DNA of 64,000 bases, taken from NCBI GenBank assembly GCA_904063045.1, contig CAJFCJ010000007.1:306819-370818 (forward strand). Direction: 5' to 3'. The DNA comes from Dimorphilus gyrociliatus. Lineage: Eukaryota > Animalia > Annelida. The position numbers and the translations under genes are program-made. The notes under the pieces were generated by a model. That model was given only the letters and a program-made list of their open reading frames with translations, searched no databases and was not told the origin of the DNA. This document shows, one piece after another, positions 1 through 12,500 of the stretch; the stretch's first letter is position 1; the number at the start of each line of letters is the position of its first letter.

Positions 1-467
1 ACTTTATCTATTAATAATTCGGATGACATCATAAATATATAGAATGCAACGTTGCAGAAATTTACGAATATATAATTCCCAGTTATTTTCTTTACCATTT
101 GCTCAAATATGATTTTACCATAAAAAATTGCTACAGACAAGCGTGAACAACTATGCGAATAGTTTAATAATTAAAACGTAAAAACGTTTATAAAATAAAT
201 AAAGACGTATTGAAATATTCAATTAGTTCAAAGATTATAGTCAATTCGAATGAATAGATGTCAGAATTACTTAAAAAAATTGAATAAATAACTATGCAGG
301 TATTCAACACTTCATGCTTGACAGACAGAATAATACGTAGATCATGCGCTCTATCATATATGCATTATACTATAAATAAATAAATAATTTAACATCAGCT
401 ATATGGAGTATATATTCTATATGGTTGTATACTATATATTTTATCTTGTACCAGAAAAAATCAATAG

Positions 468-481
468 CCGCCAGGTGGCAG
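468..481 (+). promoter_or_regulatory. CTCF-like motif CCGCCAGGTGGCAG
   Basis: Close match to the CTCF core consensus, as an isolated GC-rich island in AT-rich intergenic DNA ~2.2 kb upstream of frizzled. Confidence 0.6.
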
Positions 482-2365
482 TGAGACTATTTCATCATCT
501 GTCGGCGTCCAGAGCATTTAAATCCGATAAAGGGAACGTAAAGTAATTATTAAAGGATAACGTAGATGTTTATCGGAGAAAAAAAACTTTGACAATTCTC
601 GTAAGTAAAGAAAAAGCCTGTAAGAAAGAGATGAAAGACTTTATCCCTAATCTTACAAGTAAATTAATACTAAAGTAAAGAAACAAAAATGTATTTTACG
701 CTAGCTCGTATGTTTATAAATACTTTATGAGTAGGTAGTTTAATGTGCACATAGGATTATCTTGTTTGTCAATGGTACAACTTTTAAAAATAAATTATAC
801 CCTATTTTATTTTCTAAAAGAATTGACATTTTCAAATGAAAAGAGAAGACTCTTTCTTCTCAGTTGATTAATTTTTGCTAATGGCTTTTAAGAGTTGTAT
901 GCGAAAAACTTTGAAACGATTGTAGTAAGCGTTGAAAAGAGAAAAAGGAGCTGAACGGCAAAAATTGATTGGAGATAGTCAACGAAAAAAATTGCTGGAA
1001 AATCGAAAAAATAAAGAGAGGGAAGCGGGAATGTGGGATAGAGAAAGAGTACGAATATATGTGAATGTCGGGGACTGCAGTAAACAGCAGGGCTGAGAAA
1101 CATGAACTTGTCATTTGCCTAATAGCACGCATTATAAGTTATAGTGCATCCCCTAAAAGGAGGCTGCAATTGAAATAACTGGAACGGAAGCGATAGATAG
1201 AGAGAAAGAAGGAACAGACGAATGCGTACACATAAAAGAAGCACGCATGTGCCGATTGGGAGCTATGATAAAGTAAAGTACTTAAAATGGAATTTCGCAA
1301 TGTAATTAGTAAAACGTGCTCGTCAGAGCAATCCAAGCACATTGTGTGGACCTGCTAAAAAAAAAGAAAAAAGAGAAAGTAGCGAAATTTAACTCAGTTT
1401 AGGCCTAAGTACTTTTAAGCGTGAAAATAGAAATTTTTGTTGACAATATTGACGCGAACGTTGGTTACAAAAAAAAAACGGGTAAAACAGGAAAATTGCC
1501 TACCAATAACAATTATGGCGAAAAAAAATTACTAATAGAACAACAAACGAATATAATAGTTTGATATTTTTACGATTATGAATAATATTAATATTAATAA
1601 TAATAATAAAAATGATGAATAAGACTGGCATTTATAAGCTAAGATTATCAATATAAGATAGTCGCATGTGTAACCAAATAAAAATTACCACTTGCTAAAC
1701 GGTCGGACAATAGCGGGCAAATACCCAGGGGGGCAATTCACACTGATTATGTGGGCCAGATATGAGGTCTTTTCAAGTATTCAATTAGTCACAAATTACA
1801 TTCATTGATTGACGGCTTGACAGCTTGCAAGTAGGTCATGTCGCAGCGTCACCTTGGACATATTTTCACCTGTCGATTTTGAACAACTGTTCAACTCAGA
1901 AGTTTCGTTTATTGATGTGATCAAGAGAATTTCTAATTTAATCAATTGATTTTTACATATTTACAAAACTTGGTATATTCGTTTTCATTGTATTATATAT
2001 TTATTGACCAACAAATCGCCAATTGCTAAATATAGCTAAAGGAGAGCTATGCACATATTGACTATGTAAATAAGGGACGCCTTGTTATAATAGACTTAAA
2101 CACCTTCCTATATTTGTTTAACTGTCGACCGGAACAGTGTATCTTAGTTAACAGGAAAGTTTAACCCCGCAGAAATTCTAGACGACCTAAATCCATTATT
2201 TATACAGTCGGCAATTCTACATCTTAAATTTCACAGTTTTATCAATATTTACATTTTTACAGGATCGCTACAAGTGCAAATGGGCTTACTTAGGCAAACC
2301 ACAACAAATTGCAGTGATTGAGAGAAGGTGGGGAGGGAAGATACACAAAGAAAACAAGAAATTCA

Positions 2366-2416
2366 TCACGTGATTGACCAAACAACCAATCAGAGTCGAT
2401 CTTTCAGTCATGTGAC
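2366..2416 (+). promoter_or_regulatory. Putative frizzled promoter cluster: E-box, CCAAT box, USF/MiT-type E-box
   Basis: TCACGTGA 2366-2373, CCAATCA 2386-2392 and GTCATGTGAC 2407-2416 within 51 bp, ~320 bp upstream of the ATG at 2734. Confidence 0.5.
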
Positions 2417-2733
2417 ACCTTAACAATGTATCCTACATTCAGTCGTTGCATCCCGCCAGTAATAGCATATTATTCGATAAATCGGTTTCTAGTTTAAAAT
2501 GCTATCAAGCTATTGAATTTTAGAATTTTGGAAAGTGAAAAACCCGACTGGAAGATTTTGACTATTCAGGATAATTTTTCGGATAATTGAAAAACTGATC
2601 CAGCATAAAGAGAAATATAATAAGACTTCATCGAAATTAGCCGAATTAAACAAGAATGGAATAAAAGAAGTGAAGAAATAGAACAAAATATACAAAGAGA
2701 AAATAACGCTAAGACTCATTTAGTGTTCAGTAA

Positions 2734-4648
2734 ATGAAAAACATGAGTAATCGATTGCGATTAATATCCTTAATTCTTCTCATTTTCTGTTCTTCAATCA
2801 ACTGTAAAAGAAGTGAACAAAAATGCGAAGAAATCACAATTCCTCTCTGCGTTGGAATAGGTTACAATTTTACAAAAATGCCAAACCAGTTCAATCACAT
2901 GAGTCAACATGAAGCTGGTCTGGAGGCTCACCAATTTATCCCTCTGGTGAAAATTGATTGCTCTCCATATTTAAAATTTCTTTTATGCTCTATGTATGTT
3001 CCAATTTGCCTGAAAAATTATCATAAACCTTTACCAGCTTGCCGGAGTGTTTGTTTAAAAGCTCGAAGAGGATGTGAACCTATTATGGAAAGGGTGAGTT
3101 TGGATAAGAGTAAACATAGTATATGTAGTGTTCAATAGATATGCGTGTATACACAGTGTATCCGTTTATGCGCATTTAGTATCCCTAAATACGAAAGAGT
3201 CCATTAACGGTTTATAGTGAAGTGTGCTAAACCGATGATTGTCATTAGGCGCTTAGAAAGGAAGTTGACTTAGTGGTACAATGACGCCACTAACGAGCAA
3301 TGACGTAACCGCCTACTCGTCTAAATGTTCCGGCACTAAACCGATCTTGACCTACTAACCTAATTCTTTTCTCCTTTTCCACTTGAAACAGTATGGATTC
3401 TTCTGGCCGAAGAGAATGGATTGCAACAAATTACCTGTCCACGGAGACACCAAAAACCTGTGCATGCCATACAACGTAACAGAGCCACGCAGGAAACCCG
3501 AAAACTGTCCGTGCAGGTGCAGTGGTTCCTATGTTCCAATAACCAGTAAAAGGAGTATTTTATATAACCAAGTGCGCACTGGAGGAGTTTTAAATTGTGC
3601 TGAATCGTGTCATTCTGCTTTTTTTAAGGATGACGAAAAAACTTTTGCTTCATTTTGGATAGGCTTATGGGGAGCCCTTTGTTGTATTTCCACCCTCATG
3701 ACGGTCAGTACGTTTCTCGTCGATAGAGATCGTTTTCGTTACCCTGAGAGACCAATTGTTTTTTTGTCGGCGTCCTATTTACTTGTTTCTATTGGATACT
3801 TAATTCGGTTAATTGTTGGACACGAAAAGATTGCATGCGATGGAAATGTATTAAGATATGGTTCTACTGGTCCAGCTTTATGCACAGCCGTTTTCTTTCT
3901 TACATACGCTGGAGCAAATGCTGCCTCTGTTTGGTGGGTTATACTTACTTTCACCTGGTTCCTTGCCGCAGGTATTAAATGGGGTCAGGAAGCGATATCG
4001 AGTTACTCTACTTATTTCCATATAACGGCATGGTTCATTCCAATTGCTCAAACCATTGCTGTTCTCTCATTGTCTTTGATCGACGGAGATCCAGTTGCTG
4101 GCATTTGCTCTGTTGGTAATACTTCTTTAGCTTCATTTAGAGGTTTTCTCCTTGCGCCTCAACTCGTCTACTTGATGCTCGGATCTGTCTTTCTTCTAGC
4201 TGGTTTTATGTCATTATTTAGAATACGATCCGTCATCAAAGCTCAAGGACGTTCTAGAACTGATAAACTTGAGAAATTAATGATCAGAATTGGAGTGTTT
4301 AGCGTCCTCTATACATTGCCAGCAGCCACTGTAATAGGTTGTTTATTCTACGAAGAAAGAGAACGGCTGAATTGGCAGAGGTCAATTAATTGCGACTGTA
4401 TTAAGAGGAAGCAACCAGATTTCTCAGTGTTTATGCTTAAATATTTTATGCAACTAGTTGTAGGTACGACTTCCGGATTTTGGATTTGGACTAGTAAGAC
4501 CTTAGACAGTTGGAGAAAATGTTTAACTCATGCCTTCTGCTGGAGAAGACGAAGGGAATTAAGAGAAGGAAGTGTACGAAGTGAAGCAAAATACGCCCCC
4601 TATCGTGCTAATCAAGTAAAATTGTTAACGCCTTTAACGAACGTTTGA
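2734..4648 (+). CDS. FZD5/8: Frizzled 5/8 Wnt receptor, 538 aa, 2 exons
   Basis: join(2734..3093,3392..4648); intron GTGAGT...CAG, phase 0, restores CEPIMER-YGFFWP. Signal peptide, cysteine-rich domain typical of Fz5/8 (CEEITIPLCVGIGYNFTKMPNQFNH...EAGLEAHQF), 7TM region, KTxxxW motif (KTLDSW) and PDZ-type C-terminus LTNV. Confidence 0.96.
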
Positions 4649-4843
4649 CATGCTCAACCGAAGCTTCTTGCCTGTTATCTATACATAGAAAAACGTCACA
4701 GTATTAGCTTAGAAGGTGTTTGCACTGTTTGTTATTTGTCTAATTATTATTGAACTAGTTTTAAATAGAGTACAACTATTTTTTTAGAACTATTTAAAAT
4801 ATTCTTTACTGAAAGATAAACAGTTGGGTCACTAAATTCATGA

Positions 4844-6579
4844 TTACAATTGCATTGTATCCAATACTCGACAGACGTAATCAGAAATGTCCTCATTTTT
4901 ATAATTCTTTATGAAAGTCATTTGCATTAAATCGGGGTAGGAGGGACGGTTTTCAGCCCTTTTTTGCAAACTAAGAAGAAAAAATAACAATGTTTTAATT
5001 AGTTTTGAATGTTGTTTAAGTAAACAAAGCAAATTAATGCTTACCAGCTATTGATGCAGTCGCACATTTCATTTGAAAAGTCAGAATGGGACAAATGAGG
5101 AGGCTCTCCGTCCACAACTTCTTTCAGCATTTCAAACGGCGTCGTCCACCGACTATATGGATATTTACCTTTAGCAATTTCAACAAAAGATACACCTATA
5201 CTCCAAACATCTGAAGCAGTCGTATATTGGTCAGAGCCTGGACCTTCTATTCTCTCTGGAGCCATATATGGTTTACATCCGGCGTCTTTAGTATTTGCAT
5301 AGGAATCGACCAAATTTCCTGATATTCCGAAATCGCAAATTTTTACGGCGCCCTGCCTATTAACCAACATATTGGACGGTTTCACGTCTCGGTGAATGAC
5401 CTTTAGTTCTGTTTTTAAAAAATAGAGAGCGCTCAATATGCAGTAGACCATTTTCCCTAAAACTTTTTCCTTAAGCGGTAAGTTATTCGCATATGCACTC
5501 TTGTAAAATTTATCTAAAGATGTCGACATTAATTCCATGCATATCCAAATCTCACTCTCTCTAAATAGACTACCATAGAACGTGACCACGAATGGACAGC
5601 TAACGCTTCTCATAATTATACTTAAATCGGTTAAAGAACGTTTTTGTTCTGTCCCATTTACAGTAAATGGTATTCGTTTGACTGCCATGAGAGTGCCTGA
5701 AGGGATATGCTGCCATTTCTCCACTTGACCATAAGCTCCTCTACCCAAATTTGAGTTAAGTAATAGCAGATCGCGAAAATCTACTTTGTGTTGTTGACCA
5801 TTTAGCGTAATTGTTGTTTCATCCGTCGGTAAATTTTGCGGTCTACGAGGTGGTTCAGACGGGGGAGGTATTATAGAAAGAGAGTGAACTTTAATTATAT
5901 CAGATTCTTTTGAAAATTCCCCATATCCAGAACTATTGATTGCTCGTACTCGAAATAAATATTTTTTATTCTCTTTCAATTGCAGTATTTTGCATGTTGT
6001 ACTGCCTGCAGTATCCCTCTTCATTTGCTTATTTGGAACGGTTTGCCACTTATTACTGTTTAAGAGACTGATTTGGATTTCATAATCGATTATTGAATCT
6101 GATCCATTATTGACTGGAGTCGACCACTCTATTGTTACCTCTCTTTTACCCTCGTTAATTTTTTCTGGTTTTCCGGGTGCAGAAGGGACACGGTTACTCG
6201 AATCTAAAATCCGGGTGTAAAAAAAACATCAAGATTTAGACACTAGTAGAAACGTAAAAAAAAAGATACGATAGTTTACGGAGCGATCGTAAACATGCTC
6301 TCATCGAACTAGTTATGCGATTGGCTAAATTTCTAGAACGTTGAGCACTTGGATATGATAATCGTTCTTAAGCTAAAACTGCTCATCGATCGCATACTAT
6401 AAATTGACCAGAAGTGAATAAATGTGTTTTTCATTACAATGCTGTCATATATATGCAAGTGATCAGTTGTAAAAGCAAGAAATGACGAGTCAATTAACAG
6501 GTTGGAGCAAATTATAGAACACAGCTGAAATAAGTCGAATCTCACCATCTTTTAGAATGTCGTTATTCGCGTCAGCCAT
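4844..6579 (-). CDS. MAP2K3/6: MKK3/6-type MAP kinase kinase with N-terminal fibronectin type III domain, 439 aa, 3 exons
   Basis: complement(join(4844..4970,5045..6203,6546..6579)), 1320 nt, in frame. Kinase motifs LGRGAYG, MAVKRI, HRDVKPSN and DFGISGNLVDSYANTKDAGCKPYMAPERI (SxAxT activation loop, MKK3/6-like). Fn3 domain PSAPGKP...W...Y...W...YLFRVRAINSSGYGEFS lies in the same exon as the kinase. Confidence 0.92.
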
Positions 6580-7020
6580 TAATAATGATAAACAACTAAT
6601 CCAGCTACTCTAAATACAATTTTTAAAAGAAAATTGAAACAGTTATGCGAATCTAAATCGCATTGAAAATTTGAGGATCTCTCTCATGAGTGATTCACTC
6701 TCAGAATTCCTCTCTCAGCGGAAATGACGACACTATACTACCGGTTATATTTAACTATACCGGTCAAAAGTATTTTAACGAGGTGAAGGTCTCTCTCTTC
6801 GAAAATTTTTCTTTAGAACTATCGACTACACTATTTCGATTCCCTAATTCGTTTAGTACCCAACATTAACTATATCATCCAAATAGTCATATTTCTTCTT
6901 ATTGTCATAGTATCCTATTTCTATTTGGTAAAATTAACTCTAAGCTACAGTCCTACTGCATTTCGGATAATTCTCTGTAGACGCAAAAGTTACAAGTGAA
7001 AAAGTTAAAAGAGCGATATA
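6580..7020. promoter_or_regulatory. Probable bidirectional promoter between the Fn3-MAP2K gene and EXOSC5
   Basis: 441 bp between divergent start codons at 6579 (-) and 7021 (+). Inferred from gene geometry only. Confidence 0.45.
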
Positions 7021-7614
7021 ATGGGCATTTGTGAATTCGGCGTGATTACAAAAGCCGATGGTTCTGCAAGATATATTACTGATAAATCAGATGCAATTTG
7101 TGCTGTATATGGACCAATTGAAGTTAAACTATCTAAAGAGCTAATTGATAGATCTAGTATTGAAGTTCAGGTTTATCCGAAATCGGGTAATACTGGCCCT
7201 CCTGAAAGATTGGTTGAAACCATAATACGGACAACTCTTGACAGTGTTGTTCTGACAAAGTACTATCCAAGATCAGCTATCAGTGTGATTGTACAACTGA
7301 AGCATGACTTTGATCTTTCGTGTGTTTTAAATTCTGTTTGTCTCGCCTTACTCGATGCAGCCATACCAATGAAAACCATGTTTTCTGCGATTTCTGTTTC
7401 TAAATCAGATTTAGACAATTCATGCTTAAATGATTCAACAATGAACTTTGTTCTCGATCGAAACTACAAAGTGCTAACATCGTATAGTAATGGAATATGG
7501 AAAGAAGATGAACTTAAATTGGCCTTAACATTCGCAACCAAAAAAGCGGAATCGATCTTTGAATTTTATAAATCATCTATAGAACGTAAACTGTTGAAAG
7601 AAGAGAGAAGCTGA
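7021..7614 (+). CDS. EXOSC5: Exosome complex component Rrp46 (RNase PH fold), 197 aa, intronless
   Basis: ADGSA, AVYGPIEVKLSKELIDRSSIEV, YPRSAISVIVQ and LNSVCLALLDAAIPM match Rrp46/EXOSC5 motifs. Confidence 0.9.
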   Translation: MGICEFGVITKADGSARYITDKSDAICAVYGPIEVKLSKELIDRSSIEVQVYPKSGNTGPPERLVETIIRTTLDSVVLTKYYPRSAISVIVQLKHDFDLSCVLNSVCLALLDAAIPMKTMFSAISVSKSDLDNSCLNDSTMNFVLDRNYKVLTSYSNGIWKEDELKLALTFATKKAESIFEFYKSSIERKLLKEERS

Positions 7615-7772
7615 TAACTATGCAGAAGAATCCTTTATTTGTATAGATGCCTTTCTCTTTTTGAATATATTACATCTTCACAAACCAATAAATTGTTAGA
7701 TTTGTCTATTTTATTCAATTTTACATGAATTTTATCTAAATTCTTTAGGAATATGAGGAAATTTTAACAATC

Positions 7773-8805
7773 CTAAGTAGAAAATGTAAACACCTCTTTG
7801 GGAGGTTCCAATGGTTGATTATAAACAACCGCTGGTTTCATTGGTTTAATTTTTCTACCGAATCTGCCATCCTTTCTATGCCATCTACCGGATCGCGGTC
7901 TTATCCCTAACCATCTTTTTTCTCCAAATTTCTTAAATTTTTTCTTATTATGATCAACGTTTGATACTCGACCGACAACCGCTAAGCACTCTCTTGAGAT
8001 TTCCATCTCTCTTTTAGACGGCATTTTTATAATTACAGACTCGTCTATTTTACGCACGATTTGAGCGCTCGTTCCAGCCGATACGGCAACTTGTGCTCCT
8101 TTTCCTGGCCGTCTTTCAATGCAGCTAATTATTGTTCCTACTGGAAGAGAGCCAACTGGATGAGCGTCTCCTTCTTGAGCTCTTATAGGTGTTTCTGTAA
8201 GCTTACGCGTAGTCTTTATTAAATCCCCTACTTTCATCGACTGTTAAAAAAGTTAAAACATCATGTAAAGAAAGTTACGCAATTTTTGATTATGCATTAT
8301 TACTTCATTTGCAATAATCCATCTTTTTTTCTCTCCGGAAGTTACCAAAGCAATGTGAGCCGTCCTACATTTATCAGGTATAATTTCTGTAATCCTTTCG
8401 ATCAGTTCTCCACTTTCGTTCATATTGTCCGCTTCAGGGGCATCACGTTGCCTGGAGATCATTCGATACTCTTTTTTCAAACCGCCTCCACGTTTATGAT
8501 TCCATATCCGACCGTTTGGACCCCGACCTCCAGTGCGATTCATTGGAAGTGGGTCAACTGTATACTCATAGCGATCTTTATATGGTACCCATGGTTCCCA
8601 TTTGCCAGTATTTTTACTAGGTTCTTTGAAAATTGGCACTCGTCTACTATCAAGATTACGTGATACTATAGAGGTGGTAGTGAGGTTTTTTCTGTTCAAA
8701 GGACATCTTTAAATAATTTGCACACTAACAGCTCATGTATACATACGCTAAATTAAGTTCTGTTAATGATACTCGGGCTAGACGAAACGTTAAATTTCTA
8801 AGCAT
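7773..8805 (-). CDS. MRPL2: Mitochondrial ribosomal protein L2 (uL2m), 309 aa, 3 exons
   Basis: complement(join(7773..8240,8304..8706,8747..8805)), 930 nt. Arg-rich presequence MLRNLTFRLARVSL; uL2 motifs RTGGRGPNGRI, DKCRTAHIALV, RWIIANE-SMKVGD and GRVSN. Confidence 0.93.
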
Positions 8806-9506
8806 GTTTCATACACATGTATCTGTAGTGAGCGATATTAAGAGATTTAATAAATCTATCATAGTACAATAGAAATTTATGAAAATATAAAAATACTTAC
8901 ATTCGAAATATGATAAACAAATTGTAATAGATGACGATTAAATACTTTTCATACAATGTACAAGCAATATTCTCAATTAAAGAAGCAAAATTTTCAAATG
9001 TAACATTCAGATTAGAATTTTTGTAGAAATATTCTTGAGTAGTATCTAAGTTGATATTTATACCAAACTAGAACAATAGAATAAAAAATAATGATGAAAA
9101 AAATTAAATTACTTAATTAAATGATTTTTAATAAAAAAAAAGAGTAAAGTATTATAAACGAACTTTCAACAAATAGAATAAATAGAAAAGTTTCTATGAT
9201 AAACGTACTACATAAGTACAAAGGTTTCCTCAATGATTGGGAGTAGTAGTAGTAAATGATGTAAATATTATGCTTCGTAAATTGTTTTTTTTTTTAATAT
9301 TACTAATTTAAAATGTTATGGAAAAGATCTTAAATTAGAGTGGAATATTTTGAAAGAATTATAATAATTTGTAATAAGTTTAAGCCTATTTTAAGAGATA
9401 TTTTAAAAGTCAAATTTAAAAATTAATTTAAATAAGCGAGAAAATTATTAGCATCATTGAAAAAATTGTAAAAAATCTGTGTAAAATTTAAAAGGGACAG
9501 AGAAAT

Positions 9507-12500
9507 ATGATTAAAAAACATGATAGGACCATGCGAGAATACAGAAACACCCGATTCCGAACTATTGAATTGGAGAAGTCCACAATAGATGATCAACATG
9601 AAATGCGTGGGATAGGAGAGATGTACAACAAGAGTACGTAATTAGTGAAATACAAGCGGATTCTCGGAATGTAAAATAATAAAAGAAATTACATGCTAAA
9701 AATAGTGACCTTTTTACAGAAACAGGTAGGAAAAGTACGGATCGGGGAGAAGAACACAGAGACAAGCAAGCCTACCAACAGGAAAACGTTGTTGAACACT
9801 TGAAAGTATACCAAAGAAAATTAAGAATAAGAGAAGGTCAATATCAGATTCTTCGGCAAGTAATTGGAGAAACAACTGTGAGAAGAATTTTAAAGAATTT
9901 AGTATTGCCGAATCCTATGCCAGAAGCTGTTTCTAGGTCGGGAAGTTTGAGTGAAAGGTTAATAGATGTTGAACACAGAATGCAGCAAATAGAGACGGAC
10001 CACTCAATCGGAGTTGAAAGGTTAAATACAATGAAAGATGAAGAAAAGGACCTGAGTAAAGATGTTGATTCCTTAGAGCATGACTTTATTAGTTTGCAAA
10101 AAGACTTGTTAAATTCTCAAAAAGAAAGGCAGGAATACTACAATATATTTAACAATATCCAAAACAATACTATTAAGAACGTTAGTAACAATATTCGTAT
10201 CACTGGCAATATTTAAATAGGCTCAGAATAAGCAATTTTATAAACAGTCTAATTTCTCTCTAATACAAATTACTCTTTTTCCAGGAAAAAGATATAAAAA
10301 GCGAATTAAGAAGGATAGTTGAAATTCAATTCGGAGAAAAGCAGACACTTTTAGGAAAGATGGCCAAATTAAAAAGAAAGAATAACGCTTTACAGGAAAA
10401 TTTATGTACTCTACAAGATGAGGTATACTGTAGTTAAACTTAATATGATATAACACCTAAGTCGCATTTATAAACTATATATAAAGAAATCAGCTTGAAC
10501 ATAATACCATATTTCACCATTAACACTCCTTTATTGATTATAGATTGACTAACGATTTCGTTAGAAGGTTGAAATAAGCTATAAATATAAATAATAGTAT
10601 AAATTATTATAAAAAGACTAAAATTTAAATTTAAAACTAAGGAAAAAACTAAAATTTCACATCAATAGACTTCTTAAAGGAAAATTTCAACGAAAAAGCT
10701 GTTTGAAAGATGTTAAACCCCTTTAGAAGTCCGATAGAATTTAGTATATTTATAAAAAAAATCATTTTAATGGTTTCTTATGAAAAAACAAACGTATTAA
10801 ATTTTTAAATTTACATCTCAGTGTTAACAGATTATTGTATTAATGTTATATTAATTACATTATTAGGTTTATATTCTTTATATATAAATACAGTATATAC
10901 TATATATCTATTTATCTATATGTAAATTTATATATATACAGTATATATATATATATTTATTTATTTATTTCACATCTTATATACATTTATCGAATATTCT
11001 CATGAATTTACTATTATATTGTAAGACTATTATAAAAAAACAAGAGTTATTTCCAATAACAATCGACAGCCAGAGGGTGATGACGAGAGTATTCTGAAGT
11101 TGATCGAGCAAAACAAAGCCTTCCGTATGCAAATTGCAACTTTGGAAATGACTTCCTCTGAATTACGATGTTTGCTATCCGAAGAATACCAAAGAAGTGA
11201 AAAGTATTCGAATTTTAATGAAGTTATTAGAGAAAAAGACGAATTATTACATTTAGTTGATAAATTACAAAGTCGTATACGTTCTTACGAAAAGGTAGGA
11301 TGGAGGAAATTCGACAACTGACTAATAAGATAGCTTTTTTTTCTTTCTAGTTGAAAAGGAGTATTAATCAAGATGAAAGGATAACGGATTTACAAAATCG
11401 TATCGAACAATTGGTTTCAGAGAAGATTACTGTTGAAGCTAAATACAAAAAAATTAAGGAGCATCTGGATTCATCCAAAGTTAGATACAATTTAAATTCA
11501 TTAATTAATTAATTACACTTGCCAGAAAAGTAAACTATTAAGCCTTCGTATTAAACATTTTATAATAGCAGAAAACCTCATTTAATGATGCTAAACATTG
11601 TGGACATGTACAAGATTCTATTGGTGAAATAATGCGCATGCGCCATTCCATTGAGAAGTTACAAGAGGAGTATGATTTTCCTTCTTTATAGATTAACAAA
11701 TAGTTTTATTGTATATTTGTAACGGATTTTTTAAAATGATAATGACTCGCCTTCTCTATTTCTCTCTCCTTCCATTTTTGCCTTACTACGTCTCTCTGAT
11801 AAATTGAGTCCGGCAATGTAATAGGCCTATAGCTTAGTTGTTGGGTTCACTGGAATCGACAATTTTTAGTGCTTCCATGCGAGATTAAGTTAATATTGCA
11901 AAAAATCGATATCAGATGGCGTTATTAGTGCTATTTCTATTCTTTCTTTCATACAAAAGTCCATATATCTAGCTATATCCAAATTGGTAATTGTATTTTT
12001 TTTTCTTGTTTATTATATAGGAACGAATACTTTAAAAACGAAAACATTGATTTAGAAAAAGAATTAGCAGACTTAAACAATCGTCTACAATCAGTTCAAA
12101 AGGATAATTTAACTTTAAGTCAGGAACGGGTCAAGGACCATGAATTTAAATTGAATAATAATGAGAATAGAATTAGTAATAATGAATTATTAAAGTTGGA
12201 AACTAAATTAGAAAATATTGAAAGTAAATTAGAAACAGAGAGAAAGTTAAGAGTGTTAGATAACGATAAATTACAAGCTGTACAAAAAAAAATGGAAGAA
12301 GAGAAAGACCTAATTAAGATGTTAGAAGAAAAATTAAACAATGAGGGAATAAAAGTAAAAAATGTTGAAATTGAGAAAGAGGTTCTTGAAAAGACGGTGA
12401 AAAATTTGACTGAAAGTTTAAGTAAAGTTGAAGCACTTCGTGAGAAAGAAATTGAATTAAATAAGACATTGGAAGGTGATGTTGTAAAAATAAAAAGTGA

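Noticed and set aside
878-1342. Short minus-strand ORFs rich in F/S/L
   Set aside because: They are translations of purine-rich low-complexity DNA with no domain or splice support.
8286-8663. 125-aa plus-strand ORF
   Set aside because: Antisense shadow of MRPL2.
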